The notes beneath the pieces were generated by a model. The model had not been told where the DNA came from, ran no database searches, and was given only the letters and a program-made list of their open reading frames with translations. Both the position numbers and the translations under genes were made by a program. From Rhodothermales bacterium (GTDB lineage Bacteria; Bacteroidota; Rhodothermia; Rhodothermales; Bin80): 64,000 nucleotides of DNA. The DNA lies in NCBI GenBank assembly GCA_965207385.1, contig CBDBLZ010000005.1:8276-72275 (forward strand), read 5' to 3'. Positions 19,698 to 28,741 of the stretch are shown here, piece by piece (position 1 is the first letter of the stretch; every line of letters begins with the position of its first letter).

Positions 19698-20692
19698 GAC
19701 GGTATGCTGGTAAGCAGCCCGGTGGCTTCGCGCACTTTCTCCATGCAGGCTTCTGCCCGGGTTCGCGCCGCCAGGGCGCCCTGGCGGAGCACGTCCCATA
19801 CATAATCCGGTCGCTGCTCCAGCTTGCGCCGCCGCTCGCGTGCCTCGGCGAAGTAGGCCAGCACCAGTTGCTCAAGCTTCTTTTTTGCGTGGCCGTAGCC
19901 GTAGCCGCCGGCCAGATATGCCGAACGGAGTTCCGCCAGCGTTTCCGGATCCGCAAAGAGCTTCAGGAGCGCGAAGACATTATCCGTGTCCGGATTCTTG
20001 GGTGCTTCAAGCGGCGTTGAATCCGTAACAATGGCCCGGATGCGGCGCCTCAGCTGCTTGCCTTCGTCGAATATGCCGATCGTGTTGCGATAACTCTTGG
20101 ACATCTTGCGACCGTCAATGCCGGGCACAATCGCAACATCTTCGACGATATACGGCTCCGGCACGGGAAAAATGGGAGGATCGGCCGGATAGGCGGCATT
20201 GAAGCGCTGCGCGATGTCGCGCGTGATTTCGAGGTGCTGCTTCTGGTCCGCCCCGACAGGGACGAGGGTTCCGCCGTAAATGAGAATGTCGGAGGCCTGC
20301 AGAACCGGATAATTGAGCAGCCCCGCGTTTGCACTGAGTCCCTGTGCAACCTTGTCCTTGTAGGATACCCCCTTTTCAAGCTGCGAGACCGGAGTGAGGC
20401 AGAAAAAGATCCAGGTCAGCTCCTGGAGCTGCGGCACGTCGCTCTGCAGAAACAGGTTGGCCTTGTCCGGGTCGAGGCCCAGTGCAAGGTACGTGACGGC
20501 CGCATCCAGGGTATGCCGCCTCAGCGTATCCGCATCGCGCATGGTAGTCATCGCGTGGTAGTTCACGATGAAATAGAAGGACTGCTGCCGTCCCTGCATG
20601 GAGATATGCTGGCGGATGGCGCCAAAGTAGTTGCCTATGTGCAGGGCTCCAGAGGACTGGATGCCCGAAACGACAACGGTGGGCGAATTCAT
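19694..20692 (-). CDS. trpS: Tryptophan--tRNA ligase
   Basis: Class I signature in GIQSSGALHIGNYFG (HIGH-type) and KMSKS (GRKMSKSY). The overall TrpRS layout lies between trpE and trpG on the same strand. Confidence 0.9.
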   Translation of the reverse strand: MNSPTVVVSGIQSSGALHIGNYFGAIRQHISMQGRQQSFYFIVNYHAMTTMRDADTLRRHTLDAAVTYLALGLDPDKANLFLQSDVPQLQELTWIFFCLTPVSQLEKGVSYKDKVAQGLSANAGLLNYPVLQASDILIYGGTLVPVGADQKQHLEITRDIAQRFNAAYPADPPIFPVPEPYIVEDVAIVPGIDGRKMSKSYRNTIGIFDEGKQLRRRIRAIVTDSTPLEAPKNPDTDNVFALLKLFADPETLAELRSAYLAGGYGYGHAKKKLEQLVLAYFAEARERRRKLEQRPDYVWDVLRQGALAARTRAEACMEKVREATGLLTSIPS

Positions 20693-20704
20693 GGCTGGTA
20701 TCCC

Positions 20705-21181
20705 CTATGATTGGCGGCGAAGCCGCAATTCTCTCACCGCGCCCCGTGCATGTTCGAGTCGAGCTTCCGCATTCTCTTCCAGCCTGGCCAGCACGGCTCG
20801 GGTGCGCATCTGGTGCTCGAATTGCCGCTCGCGTCTGAGCGCCTCCGCGTAGGCGCTTTCCAGATCCACTACGTCCAGCAGCGGAGCCGGACCCGTTGGC
20901 AGCGGATCGCGTGCCACGCCTGCATGGGCTGCAGCCCCGCAGCTGAGGATGGTCTCCGAGAGCTTGTCCGCATCCATGCGGGCCGTCTTGAGCAGCGCGG
21001 CCGATGACGCAGCCAGATCCGGGTCCTCGCATTTCTCGATGGCCAGATCCCAGGCGCGATTCAGTGCAATAAGCTGCTTGAGAAGCGGGTTGAGCCGGTC
21101 CGCTGTATCGGCTCGGGAGAGCGTGCGACCGGCCCATCCCTTCTTGAGAACGGCAGCCTTGATTTCCTTCAGAGGCATCAT
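20705..21181 (-). CDS. Hypothetical all-helical protein embedded in the trp operon
   Basis: 158-aa ORF with 12 nt to trpS and 29 nt from trpE. No motif recognised. The overlapping 253-aa ORF 20376..21137 is Arg/Pro/Gly-rich and was rejected. Confidence 0.5.
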   Translation of the reverse strand: MMPLKEIKAAVLKKGWAGRTLSRADTADRLNPLLKQLIALNRAWDLAIEKCEDPDLAASSAALLKTARMDADKLSETILSCGAAAHAGVARDPLPTGPAPLLDVVDLESAYAEALRRERQFEHQMRTRAVLARLEENAEARLEHARGAVRELRLRRQS

Positions 21182-21210
21182 AACGTAGGGGTCAAAGGGT
21201 CCAAGAGGCG

Positions 21211-22695
21211 CTACAGGAGCCCCTCGGCTGCCATGAGCAGCGCCATTTTCAGGGCGCGCGCCTTGTTTTCCGTTTCCTCAAATTCGCGCGAGGGCTGGCT
21301 GTCTGCCACAATCCCCGCACCAGCCTGGATGAAAATATCATTGCCGCGCACGACCATCGTGCGAATGGCAATGCAGGTGTCCATATTGCCGGAGAAATCC
21401 ACGTAGCCTACGGCGCCTGCATAGACGCCCCGCTTTGCAGGCTCCAGATCATCAATGATCTCCATGGCGCGCACCTTGGGAGCGCCGGAGACCGTTCCGG
21501 CAGGGAAGCAGGCCTTCAGCACGTCCATGGCGCCCAGATCGGAGCAAAGCGTGCCGGAGACTGCGCTGACTATGTGCATGACGTGGGAGTAGCGTTCGAT
21601 ATAGGCGTAGCGGTCGACTTGCACGGACCCGGTCTTGCACACCCGGCCCAGATCATTGCGGCCAAGATCAACAAGCATGAGATGTTCCGCCCGTTCCTTG
21701 TGATCCTGCAGCAATTCCTGTGCCAACGCTTCGTCCTCCTCCGGACTGGCCCCTCGTGCTCGCGTTCCGGCAATCGGCAGCAGCTCTGCCTTGCCGTCTT
21801 CGACACGCACCAGCACCTCGGGTGAGGAGCCGATCAGCGTTACCCTGCCAAAATCGAGATAGAACAGGTAGGGCGACGGGTTTATCTGCCGGAGAGCACG
21901 GTAGAGATTGAAGGGATCACCTCCAAACGAGAGCGTGAAGCGCTGTGACAGGACGACCTGGAATATGTCTCCCTCGAAGATGTGGCGCTTGGCCCGACGC
22001 ACGGCGTCCTCGAAGTCCTCCCGCCTGAAGTTGGATGCCATCCTGTCGCCGGAAAGTGTTACGGGGGCGGGTGCATTTATGGAGGCTCGCAATTCCCGCT
22101 CCAGAAGGGACAAGCGCCGCGAGGCGTCCTGGTACGCCTCTTCCACCTGCGTGTCGGCACTAAGGAACGCACTGGACATCAGCACAAGCTGGTGCCGCAC
22201 CTGATCGAACGCCACGACGGTATCGTAGAAGCACCATACGGCATCCGGCAGATCCAGGTCATCCTGCGGCATATCCGGCAGCCGCTCGATCAGGCGGACA
22301 TTGTCATAGCCAAAAAACCCTACAGCGCCGCAGGTGAACCTTGGCAGCCCCGGCAGGCGCACTTCCCTGTACGCATCCAGGTAGTGCTGCAGTACCTCGA
22401 AAATGTCGCCGGCCGGCGCATTCTCGTCGCGTGCGCCGCGAACGCAAATGCCGTCCTCCGTTGCCTCCAGTATGCGATAGGGATTCTTGCCGAGGAAGGA
22501 GAATCGACCCAGCTTGTCTCCTCCCTCGACGCTTTCAAGAAGAAAGGCAAACGATCCCCTCTCCCGGAGCAGCAGGAACGCGCTCACCGGCGTCAGCAGA
22601 TCGGCGCTGAGCCGCTTGGTGACAGGCACCAGGAAGCGTACGCTGCCGCGCGCGCGCTCCTTTTTCACCAGCTTGCTGAATTCGCGAAACGTCAT
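21211..22695 (-). CDS. trpE: Anthranilate synthase component I
   Basis: LLESVEGG, PSPYLFYL, GTRARG, and the C-terminal GAGIVADS block. The start was set at the ATG at 22695, because the ORF-track GTG at 22713 lies inside the attenuator hairpin. Confidence 0.92.
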   Translation of the reverse strand: MTFREFSKLVKKERARGSVRFLVPVTKRLSADLLTPVSAFLLLRERGSFAFLLESVEGGDKLGRFSFLGKNPYRILEATEDGICVRGARDENAPAGDIFEVLQHYLDAYREVRLPGLPRFTCGAVGFFGYDNVRLIERLPDMPQDDLDLPDAVWCFYDTVVAFDQVRHQLVLMSSAFLSADTQVEEAYQDASRRLSLLERELRASINAPAPVTLSGDRMASNFRREDFEDAVRRAKRHIFEGDIFQVVLSQRFTLSFGGDPFNLYRALRQINPSPYLFYLDFGRVTLIGSSPEVLVRVEDGKAELLPIAGTRARGASPEEDEALAQELLQDHKERAEHLMLVDLGRNDLGRVCKTGSVQVDRYAYIERYSHVMHIVSAVSGTLCSDLGAMDVLKACFPAGTVSGAPKVRAMEIIDDLEPAKRGVYAGAVGYVDFSGNMDTCIAIRTMVVRGNDIFIQAGAGIVADSQPSREFEETENKARALKMALLMAAEGLL

Positions 22696-22697
22696 TC

Positions 22698-22735
22698 CAA
22701 AGAAAAAGCCCACTGCTATTGTGAAGCAGCGGGCT
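22698..22735 (-). terminator. trp attenuator: intrinsic terminator immediately upstream of trpE
   Basis: The minus-strand RNA is AGCCCGCUGCU (22735-22725), loop UCACAAU, AGCAGUGGGCU (22717-22707), then UUUUCUUU. That is an 11-bp stem with one G-U pair, and the U tract ends 3 nt before the trpE ATG. Confidence 0.75.
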
Positions 22736-22776
22736 CGTCATCCTGTGCAATCGATATCTTATGCCGCGCCCGCCGC
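22726..22776 (-). promoter_or_regulatory. Candidate antiterminator pairing of the trp attenuator
   Basis: GCGGCGGGC (22776-22768, the last codons of the leader ORF) is complementary to GCCCGCUGC (22734-22726), the 5' arm of the terminator: 9 bp with one G-U pair. The two structures are mutually exclusive. Confidence 0.55.
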
Positions 22777-22827
22777 CGGTGTGCGGAAAGGCCACCAATT
22801 CCGATATGCGCTCAATTTGCAAGTCAC
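22759..22827 (-). CDS. trpL: Putative trp leader peptide with tandem Trp codons
   Basis: Reading from the GTG at 22827 (alternative TTG at 22815) gives (M)TCKLSAYRNWWPFRTPAAGAA then stop. The TGG TGG pair is at 22797-22792 and the TAA at 22761-22759, 23 nt before the terminator stem. The start codon is uncertain. Confidence 0.55.
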   Translation of the reverse strand: MTCKLSAYRNWWPFRTPAAGAA

Positions 22828-22833
22828 GCGCGC

Positions 22834-22862
22834 AATATACAGCGCCAAATGCCGGGAGGCAA
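22834..22862 (-). promoter_or_regulatory. Candidate sigma-70-type promoter of the trp operon
   Basis: On the minus strand: TTGCCT (22862-22857), a 17-nt spacer, then TATATT (22839-22834). The predicted start lies near the leader ORF start. This is a motif match only. Confidence 0.35.
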
Positions 22863-23245
22863 TGCCATTGCAAATAATGAGGAATGGTTTTCCCGCGTAG
22901 CGTACCTTACGCACGTGCTTGCCCTGGAGGCAAGGCTGAGCCGGCCGGGCGAGCTTGCTGAATTGACCAGCGCACAGCGCAGTTCTCATGCCGCATAGCA
23001 CGGTTCCGGACCTGGGAGTTGTCCCGTTCTCTTCGGGAATGCCGGTGCAATTCCCGGGTGCGATGCGCGCTCCCGGCAAGAATGGCCTGGCTGTCGGCAT
23101 AGCTTGCGGCAAGCGCGCCCGGCCGGGCTCAGCGGGTCGATTCCATACTGAATGGCGTGTGTCACCTGCTCACGCCAATCCACCCGCCAGCGAGATCAAT
23201 TCCAGTTATACGTTCTTCCTGCTAAAGCTCAACAGAAGGCAAGAC

Positions 23246-24460
23246 ATGGCAAGACAAGTGCACGCCCGCTCAGGGGCACTATTTCGTCCATCCGTTGAAC
23301 GGCTGCTGTTCATACTGGCGCTTCTGGGTATTCTTCTGACGGTACATCTCGCCTTTTGGTATGGCGGCAGAACCGCGGCCTCGGACCCGGTTTGCGGCGC
23401 GGGGTTCGACTGCCAGGCGGTTCTGGCGAGTGATCCGGCGCTCCTGGGCGTCTCCAGCACCTACTGGGGAATGCTCTTCTATGTGGCGGTTGCGGGCATG
23501 GGACTTGGAATTCTGATGCTGGGCGGAAAGGCCGTCAGCCTACTGTACACGTTGCGGCGCCTGGCTATTGGAGCAGGGTTTTTGTACTCCGCCTTCCTAA
23601 CGGCACTGCAGTACATGGTCTTGTCGGACCGCTGCCTGCTCTGCCTGATATCGGCTGCCATAGTTGCGTGCATGACGGCCGTGCTGGTGCTGGAAAAGCG
23701 CATTGGCAGCATGGCAGTTCCGGCGATAGCACGCGAATTGCGCTTCCGCGGGGTGCTGGCAGTGGCGGCCCTGGTAGTTGCCTTCGCGGACTTTGCCTAC
23801 TCGGGATCCAGTGCGGGCGAGGCCGAAATGGCGGTGCTCGGCCCGGTCGAGGCTGCAGATGCCTCGCAGTGCATATACGATCCGGACAGGCCGTACTTCG
23901 CCAATTTCGAAAGGCTGGTCGAAGACTACGATCCGATCGTCGGCAGGCCGGATGCGCCGGTTACCATCGTCGAGTTTCTGGATCCCAACTGCAATCACTG
24001 CAGGGACCTGCATCCGGTGATGCAGCGCCTTCTCAGTCTGCACAGGGACAACGCGCGCATCGTCTACAAGCCGGTCACGCTTGTCGGAGGCCCGTCCCAT
24101 TCCCTCGACGAGGTCATGGCCCTGTGGCTGGCCGAAGAAAGCGGCCGCTTTGAGGAAATGATGGAGCTGCAGTTTCGTCACCAGAACGGTTCGACGGGCC
24201 TCAGCGTGGACCGCCTGACGCAGTTCGCGGACGATATCGGCATGAACGCCGACAGGTTTCGGCAGGATTTGCTGGATGGCCGCCTCGCAAGCCGGGCGCG
24301 GCGCGTCATGCAGATCTTCAGCGGCCTGGGCCTGACGGGAGTACCGGCCGTCATTATCAACGGGCGCCTGATCCATAATTCGTCCCGTTCCATCGGATGC
24401 CTGAATTATTTTGTCGAGCAGGCAGTGGCTGCGGCAAATCAGCCTGGGCCAAATGAATAA
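23246..24460 (+). CDS. VKOR-domain membrane protein fused to a DsbA/thioredoxin-like domain
   Basis: The internal ATG at 23246 precedes the first TM helix. Loop cysteine pair CGAGFDC, a membrane-embedded CLLC in the multi-TM N-terminal half, and CNHC ([14 protein letters not shown]) in the soluble C-terminal half. Confidence 0.75.
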   Translation: MARQVHARSGALFRPSVERLLFILALLGILLTVHLAFWYGGRTAASDPVCGAGFDCQAVLASDPALLGVSSTYWGMLFYVAVAGMGLGILMLGGKAVSLLYTLRRLAIGAGFLYSAFLTALQYMVLSDRCLLCLISAAIVACMTAVLVLEKRIGSMAVPAIARELRFRGVLAVAALVVAFADFAYSGSSAGEAEMAVLGPVEAADASQCIYDPDRPYFANFERLVEDYDPIVGRPDAPVTIVEFLDPNCNHCRDLHPVMQRLLSLHRDNARIVYKPVTLVGGPSHSLDEVMALWLAEESGRFEEMMELQFRHQNGSTGLSVDRLTQFADDIGMNADRFRQDLLDGRLASRARRVMQIFSGLGLTGVPAVIINGRLIHNSSRSIGCLNYFVEQAVAAANQPGPNE

Positions 24461-26492
24461 CAGAACAGGAGTGGATGGCGCGGCTGCCGCCGGCGACAGG
24501 CTGGAAGCCGCCTGTATCAATACCATTCGATTTCTGGCCGCTGACAGCGTTCAGAAAGCACTCAGCGGGCATCCGGGTATGCCGATGGGAGCGGCGTCCA
24601 TGGCATACGTCCTATGGACGCGGTTTCTGCGGCACAATCCTGGGGACCCCGGCTGGGCCAACCGGGACCGCTTTGTGCTTTCGGCCGGGCATGGCTCCAT
24701 GCTTTTGTATGCGCTGCTGCACCTCACGGGGTATGACCTCCCGATGGAGGAGCTCGAATCCTTCCGGCAGTGGGGCAGCAAGACACCGGGTCACCCCGAA
24801 TCCGGCCTGACGCCGGGGGTAGAGACGACGACCGGGCCGCTTGGCCAGGGCTTCGCCAATGCCGTGGGCATGGCCCTGGCGGAGAGCATCCTGGCCGATA
24901 CGTTCAACAGGCCGGGCCATGCCATCGTTGACCACCGGACTTTTGCCGTCCTCTCGGACGGTGACATGATGGAAGGCATCTCTCACGAGGCGGCATCGCT
25001 GGCCGGACATCTGGCGCTGGGCAAGCTGCTCTGTCTCTGGGACGACAACCAGATTACCATTGACGGCAGCACCGCGCTGGCGGTAAGCGACGACGTGGAA
25101 GCCCGCTTCAGGGCGTACGGCTGGCACGTTTCAAGCGTCGAAGACGGCAATGACCCGGAAGCCGTGGAAGCTGCCATAGCGAAGGCCTTGGAGAAGACCC
25201 GCCAGCCGTCGCTGATCCGCGTGCGGACCATCATCGGATTCGGCTGCCCGGTCAAGGCGGGCTCCGAGAGTGTGCACGGGGCCCCGCTCGGCGAGGAGGA
25301 ATTAAGGGCGGCCAAGCGCAATCTGGACTGGCCTGAAGACAGGCCGTTCCATGTGCCCGGCGAGGTTCGCATCGCTATGGACGCGGCCGATCGTGGCGGG
25401 CGCCTGCAGCAGCAATGGGACCTGGCGTTTGAACGCTACCGGGCGGCATACCCGGATGAAGCGGCCACGCTTGAATCCTGGCTGCGCGGAGAGCTGCCTG
25501 AGAACTGGCAGGGTTTGCTGCCGTCCTTTGAAGCCGGACTGCCGATGGCTACCAGGGCCGCAAGCGGCAAGGTGGTGGACCCCCTGGTCAAGGCCATGGG
25601 AAACCTGGTGGGAGGATCAGCCGACCTGACGGGCTCGAACAAGACACGCGGCACCACTCAGGTCGATTTCCAGAAGGACGCTCCGCACGGACGGTACCTG
25701 CGGTTTGGAGTCCGCGAGCACGCCATGGCGGCAATCTGCAACGGCCTGGCCCTGCACGGCGGGATTCGCCCCTATTGTGGTACGTTTCTGGTCTTCAGCG
25801 ACTATCTGAGACCGGCGCTCAGACTGAGCGCCCTGATGCACCAGCCCGTGGTGTACGTGTTCACCCACGACTCCATTGGAGTGGGCGAAGACGGCCCTAC
25901 GCACCAGCCTGTCGAGCACCTGATGGCGCTTCGCGCCATTCCCAACCTTGTACTGATCCGGCCTGCTGACGCAAACGAGACCGTATACGCCTGGCGTGCA
26001 GCCCTCATGCGCAGAGAGGGTCCCACCGCGCTGATACTCACGCGGCAGAAGCTGCCGCCCGTTTGCACGGCCCGTCAGGCGCAAGGCTTGATGCGGGGGG
26101 CGTACGTGCTGAGTGGCGCGGAGGGACCGGCTGATATCATTCTGATCGCGTCCGGCAGTGAGGTCCACCTGGTGGCGGAGGCTGCTGAAGTCCTGCGCGA
26201 GGAGGACGCCGTGCGGGTCAGCGTTGTAAGTATGCCTTCCTGGGAACTCTTTTCGGCCCAGCCTGCTTCCTATAAGGACCGCGTCTTGCCACCGCACATC
26301 ACTCGCCGCGTCGTGGTTGAGGCCGGTGTTACACTGGGATGGGAGCGCTATGCAGGATCCGGGGGCGTCATTGTCGGCATCGACCGCTTCGGGGCGTCGG
26401 CACCCGGCAACGTGTTATTCTCGCAATTCGGCTTTACCGTGGACAGGATTGTGGAGACGGCCCGCGGTGTACTGGCTCACGCGCACGCGTAG
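24453..26492 (+). CDS. tkt: Transketolase
   Basis: [72 protein letters not shown]. The internal ATG at 24453 overlaps the upstream stop by 8 nt. Confidence 0.95.
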   Translation: MNNRTGVDGAAAAGDRLEAACINTIRFLAADSVQKALSGHPGMPMGAASMAYVLWTRFLRHNPGDPGWANRDRFVLSAGHGSMLLYALLHLTGYDLPMEELESFRQWGSKTPGHPESGLTPGVETTTGPLGQGFANAVGMALAESILADTFNRPGHAIVDHRTFAVLSDGDMMEGISHEAASLAGHLALGKLLCLWDDNQITIDGSTALAVSDDVEARFRAYGWHVSSVEDGNDPEAVEAAIAKALEKTRQPSLIRVRTIIGFGCPVKAGSESVHGAPLGEEELRAAKRNLDWPEDRPFHVPGEVRIAMDAADRGGRLQQQWDLAFERYRAAYPDEAATLESWLRGELPENWQGLLPSFEAGLPMATRAASGKVVDPLVKAMGNLVGGSADLTGSNKTRGTTQVDFQKDAPHGRYLRFGVREHAMAAICNGLALHGGIRPYCGTFLVFSDYLRPALRLSALMHQPVVYVFTHDSIGVGEDGPTHQPVEHLMALRAIPNLVLIRPADANETVYAWRAALMRREGPTALILTRQKLPPVCTARQAQGLMRGAYVLSGAEGPADIILIASGSEVHLVAEAAEVLREEDAVRVSVVSMPSWELFSAQPASYKDRVLPPHITRRVVVEAGVTLGWERYAGSGGVIVGIDRFGASAPGNVLFSQFGFTVDRIVETARGVLAHAHA

Positions 26493-26883
26493 CTGCCTGA
26501 GCCTCTTCCTGTGGATAGCAGTGGTTGTGGCGGGCCACGGCCGCGGAGCCGCAGCTCAGGAGCTTGCCGCAGAGCGGGCCTTCAAGCCCATTGTGGAAAA
26601 GGGCGGCCTGTCGGTCAAGTACGTGCTGTATCAGAAGGCCGACGGCGCAAGAAACGGCGTAGTCATTTTCCTGCGCAATACGAATGACTTTGCCATCTCG
26701 TACCGCTTCTCGGCAGTCTTCCGCAGTGAGGACGAGGAGAAGACGGGATTCGCCGAAGGGCACCTGGGCCCGTGTGAGGCCAAGACGGGCGATAGAGACG
26801 GGCTTTTCTGGATCCCGTTTGACGATGACAGGCCCATAGTCGAGATTGGCGTCCGGGGACTTGTCGTGGAATCCAGGGAGTAG
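26467..26883 (+). CDS. Small secreted protein, unknown function
   Basis: The GTG at 26467 gives a signal peptide ([31 protein letters not shown]). It overlaps the tkt 3' end by 26 nt. No motif recognised and the start is uncertain. Confidence 0.4.
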   Translation: MYWLTRTRSCLSLFLWIAVVVAGHGRGAAAQELAAERAFKPIVEKGGLSVKYVLYQKADGARNGVVIFLRNTNDFAISYRFSAVFRSEDEEKTGFAEGHLGPCEAKTGDRDGLFWIPFDDDRPIVEIGVRGLVVESRE

Positions 26884-26905
26884 TCCGGGCCACAGCCCAC
26901 CAGCC

Positions 26906-28597
26906 ATGCTTGATCGTCGCAGGTTTTTGTCCACGTGCTCCTCGCACGCGCTGGCGGGAACGTTGCTTCCGGGCGCGCTATACGCGCTGCTTGAGCAGGG
27001 CAAGCCGGTAACGGCGGAAACCATCGCATGCGCTGAAGAGATTGCGGGTCTCTCCTTCACCGACGAGGAGCGGAGGCTGCTTGTTGATGACCTTAACGGC
27101 CAGGTTGAGGACTATGCAGAACTGCGCAGCCTGAAGATCTCCAACAGCGTAGCGCCGTCGCTGGCTTTTGATCCGGGACTCGGCGATGCGCTGCGTCCCG
27201 CGGAGCAGGGCGCGCTGCGCTTTGAGCCCGTCGCACTCCGGCGTCCGCCGGATCCGGACTCCCTGGCTTTCATGGGAGTGGCGCAGCTGGCCCATCTGCT
27301 CAGGTCCCGGCAGGTTACGTCGGTAGAGTTGACGGAATTGTACCTGTCCAGACTCCGGCAGCATGATGCATTGCTGCAGGCCGTAGTCACATTCACCGAG
27401 GAGACAGCGCTTGAGGAGGCGGCCAGGGCGGATGTAGAACTGGATGCCGGAATCTGGCGCGGACCGCTGCACGGAGTGCCGTACGGGGCCAAGGACCTGC
27501 TGTCGGTCAGGGGATATCCCACCACGTGGGGAGCGGAGCCGTACCGGGACCAGGTTATTGAGGAGGACGCGGCTGTCGTAGAACGCTTGCGCGCGGCGGG
27601 CGCCGTGCTGGTTGCCAAGCTGACGCTGGGAGCGCTGGCCTGGGGCGATGTCTGGTTTGGCGGCAAGACGCGCAATCCGTGGAATCCGGACGAAGGCTCC
27701 AGCGGGTCGTCAGCCGGACCGGGTGCGGCCGTCGCAGCCGGGCTCGTGGGCTTTGCCATAGGCTCCGAAACGCTGGGATCCATCGTGTCTCCTTCCACGC
27801 GCTGCGGCGTGACGGGGCACCGGCCTACGTTCGGCCTTGTAAGCCGTCACGGTGCCATGACGCTGGCTTGGTCGATGGACAAGCTTGGCCCCATGGCCCG
27901 GTCGGCGCTGGATTGTGCGCTCATCTTCGACGTAATCCGGGGGCGGGATCCGCGCGATGCCGCCACGACAGCGGCGGCGTTTCCGTTCGATGCCTCCATG
28001 GACGTGGCATCGCAGCGCGTTGGCTACCTGGCAGAGGACTTTGACAGGGAGTACGCCAACAGGGACGCGGACAGGCAGGCGCTGGAGGTTCTCCGCGGCC
28101 TGGGGATCGAGCCTGTTCCGATTGCGCTGCCGGATGGCTTGCCGCTCGATGCCATGCTGCTGACACTGGGGGTGGAAGCGGCTGCTGCCTTCGATTCGCT
28201 TACCCTGGAGAGGGGCGTGGATACGATGGTACGGCAGGGGCCGGACACATGGCCGCACGAGTTTCGGCGCTCGCGATTCGTTCCGGCAGTCGAGTTTGTG
28301 CAGGCGGCGCGGGCAAGGACGCTGCTCATGCGGCGCATGCACGAGCTCATGCGTGACCTGGACTGCTTTGTTTCGCCCACCTTCGGCGGTTCCACGCTAA
28401 GAATAACAAACCTGACAGGGCATCCGGCGGTCTGCGTTCCCAACGCATTTCACGCGGTGGAGGACAGCCCCGGACGGCGGAGGCCGGGAAGCATCACCTT
28501 TGTGGGAGGCCTCTACAAGGATGCGCAGGCGCTGGCGCTGGCGTGGGCATTTCAGCAGGCGACGGACTTCCACCTCAGACGTCCGCCCATCGATTAG
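26906..28597 (+). CDS. Amidase-signature family enzyme with twin-arginine signal
   Basis: MLDRRRFLSTCSSHALAGTLLPGA Tat-type N-terminus at the internal ATG 26906. GPLHGVPYGAKDL and GSSGSSAGPGAAVAAGLVGFAIGSETLGSIVSPS amidase signature. Confidence 0.85.
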   Translation: MLDRRRFLSTCSSHALAGTLLPGALYALLEQGKPVTAETIACAEEIAGLSFTDEERRLLVDDLNGQVEDYAELRSLKISNSVAPSLAFDPGLGDALRPAEQGALRFEPVALRRPPDPDSLAFMGVAQLAHLLRSRQVTSVELTELYLSRLRQHDALLQAVVTFTEETALEEAARADVELDAGIWRGPLHGVPYGAKDLLSVRGYPTTWGAEPYRDQVIEEDAAVVERLRAAGAVLVAKLTLGALAWGDVWFGGKTRNPWNPDEGSSGSSAGPGAAVAAGLVGFAIGSETLGSIVSPSTRCGVTGHRPTFGLVSRHGAMTLAWSMDKLGPMARSALDCALIFDVIRGRDPRDAATTAAAFPFDASMDVASQRVGYLAEDFDREYANRDADRQALEVLRGLGIEPVPIALPDGLPLDAMLLTLGVEAAAAFDSLTLERGVDTMVRQGPDTWPHEFRRSRFVPAVEFVQAARARTLLMRRMHELMRDLDCFVSPTFGGSTLRITNLTGHPAVCVPNAFHAVEDSPGRRRPGSITFVGGLYKDAQALALAWAFQQATDFHLRRPPID

Positions 28598-28741
28598 CGA
28601 GCTTGTCCGCCAGGGTTCGACTTCTGCGAACTATTCTCCGCGAAGGCGTGTATACCCGGACTGGCAACTGGTGCGGGGCAACTGGCCCATCAAGCCCGGC
28701 ATGACCTGTTGGCCCAATGTACAGGCAAATTCGCCCATGGC

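Noticed and set aside
20376-21137. 253-aa ORF overlapping the trpS 5' end and the 158-aa hypothetical gene
   Set aside because: It is out of frame with the clearly real trpS and has Arg/Gly/Pro/Ala-rich composition. The 20705..21181 frame fits the intergenic spacing better.
22759-23112. 117-aa ORF in the trpE-VKOR intergenic region
   Set aside because: The translation looks non-protein-like (Pro/Gly/Arg/Cys-rich, no motifs). Only its last ~20 codons, which contain the tandem Trp codons, are interpreted as the leader peptide.
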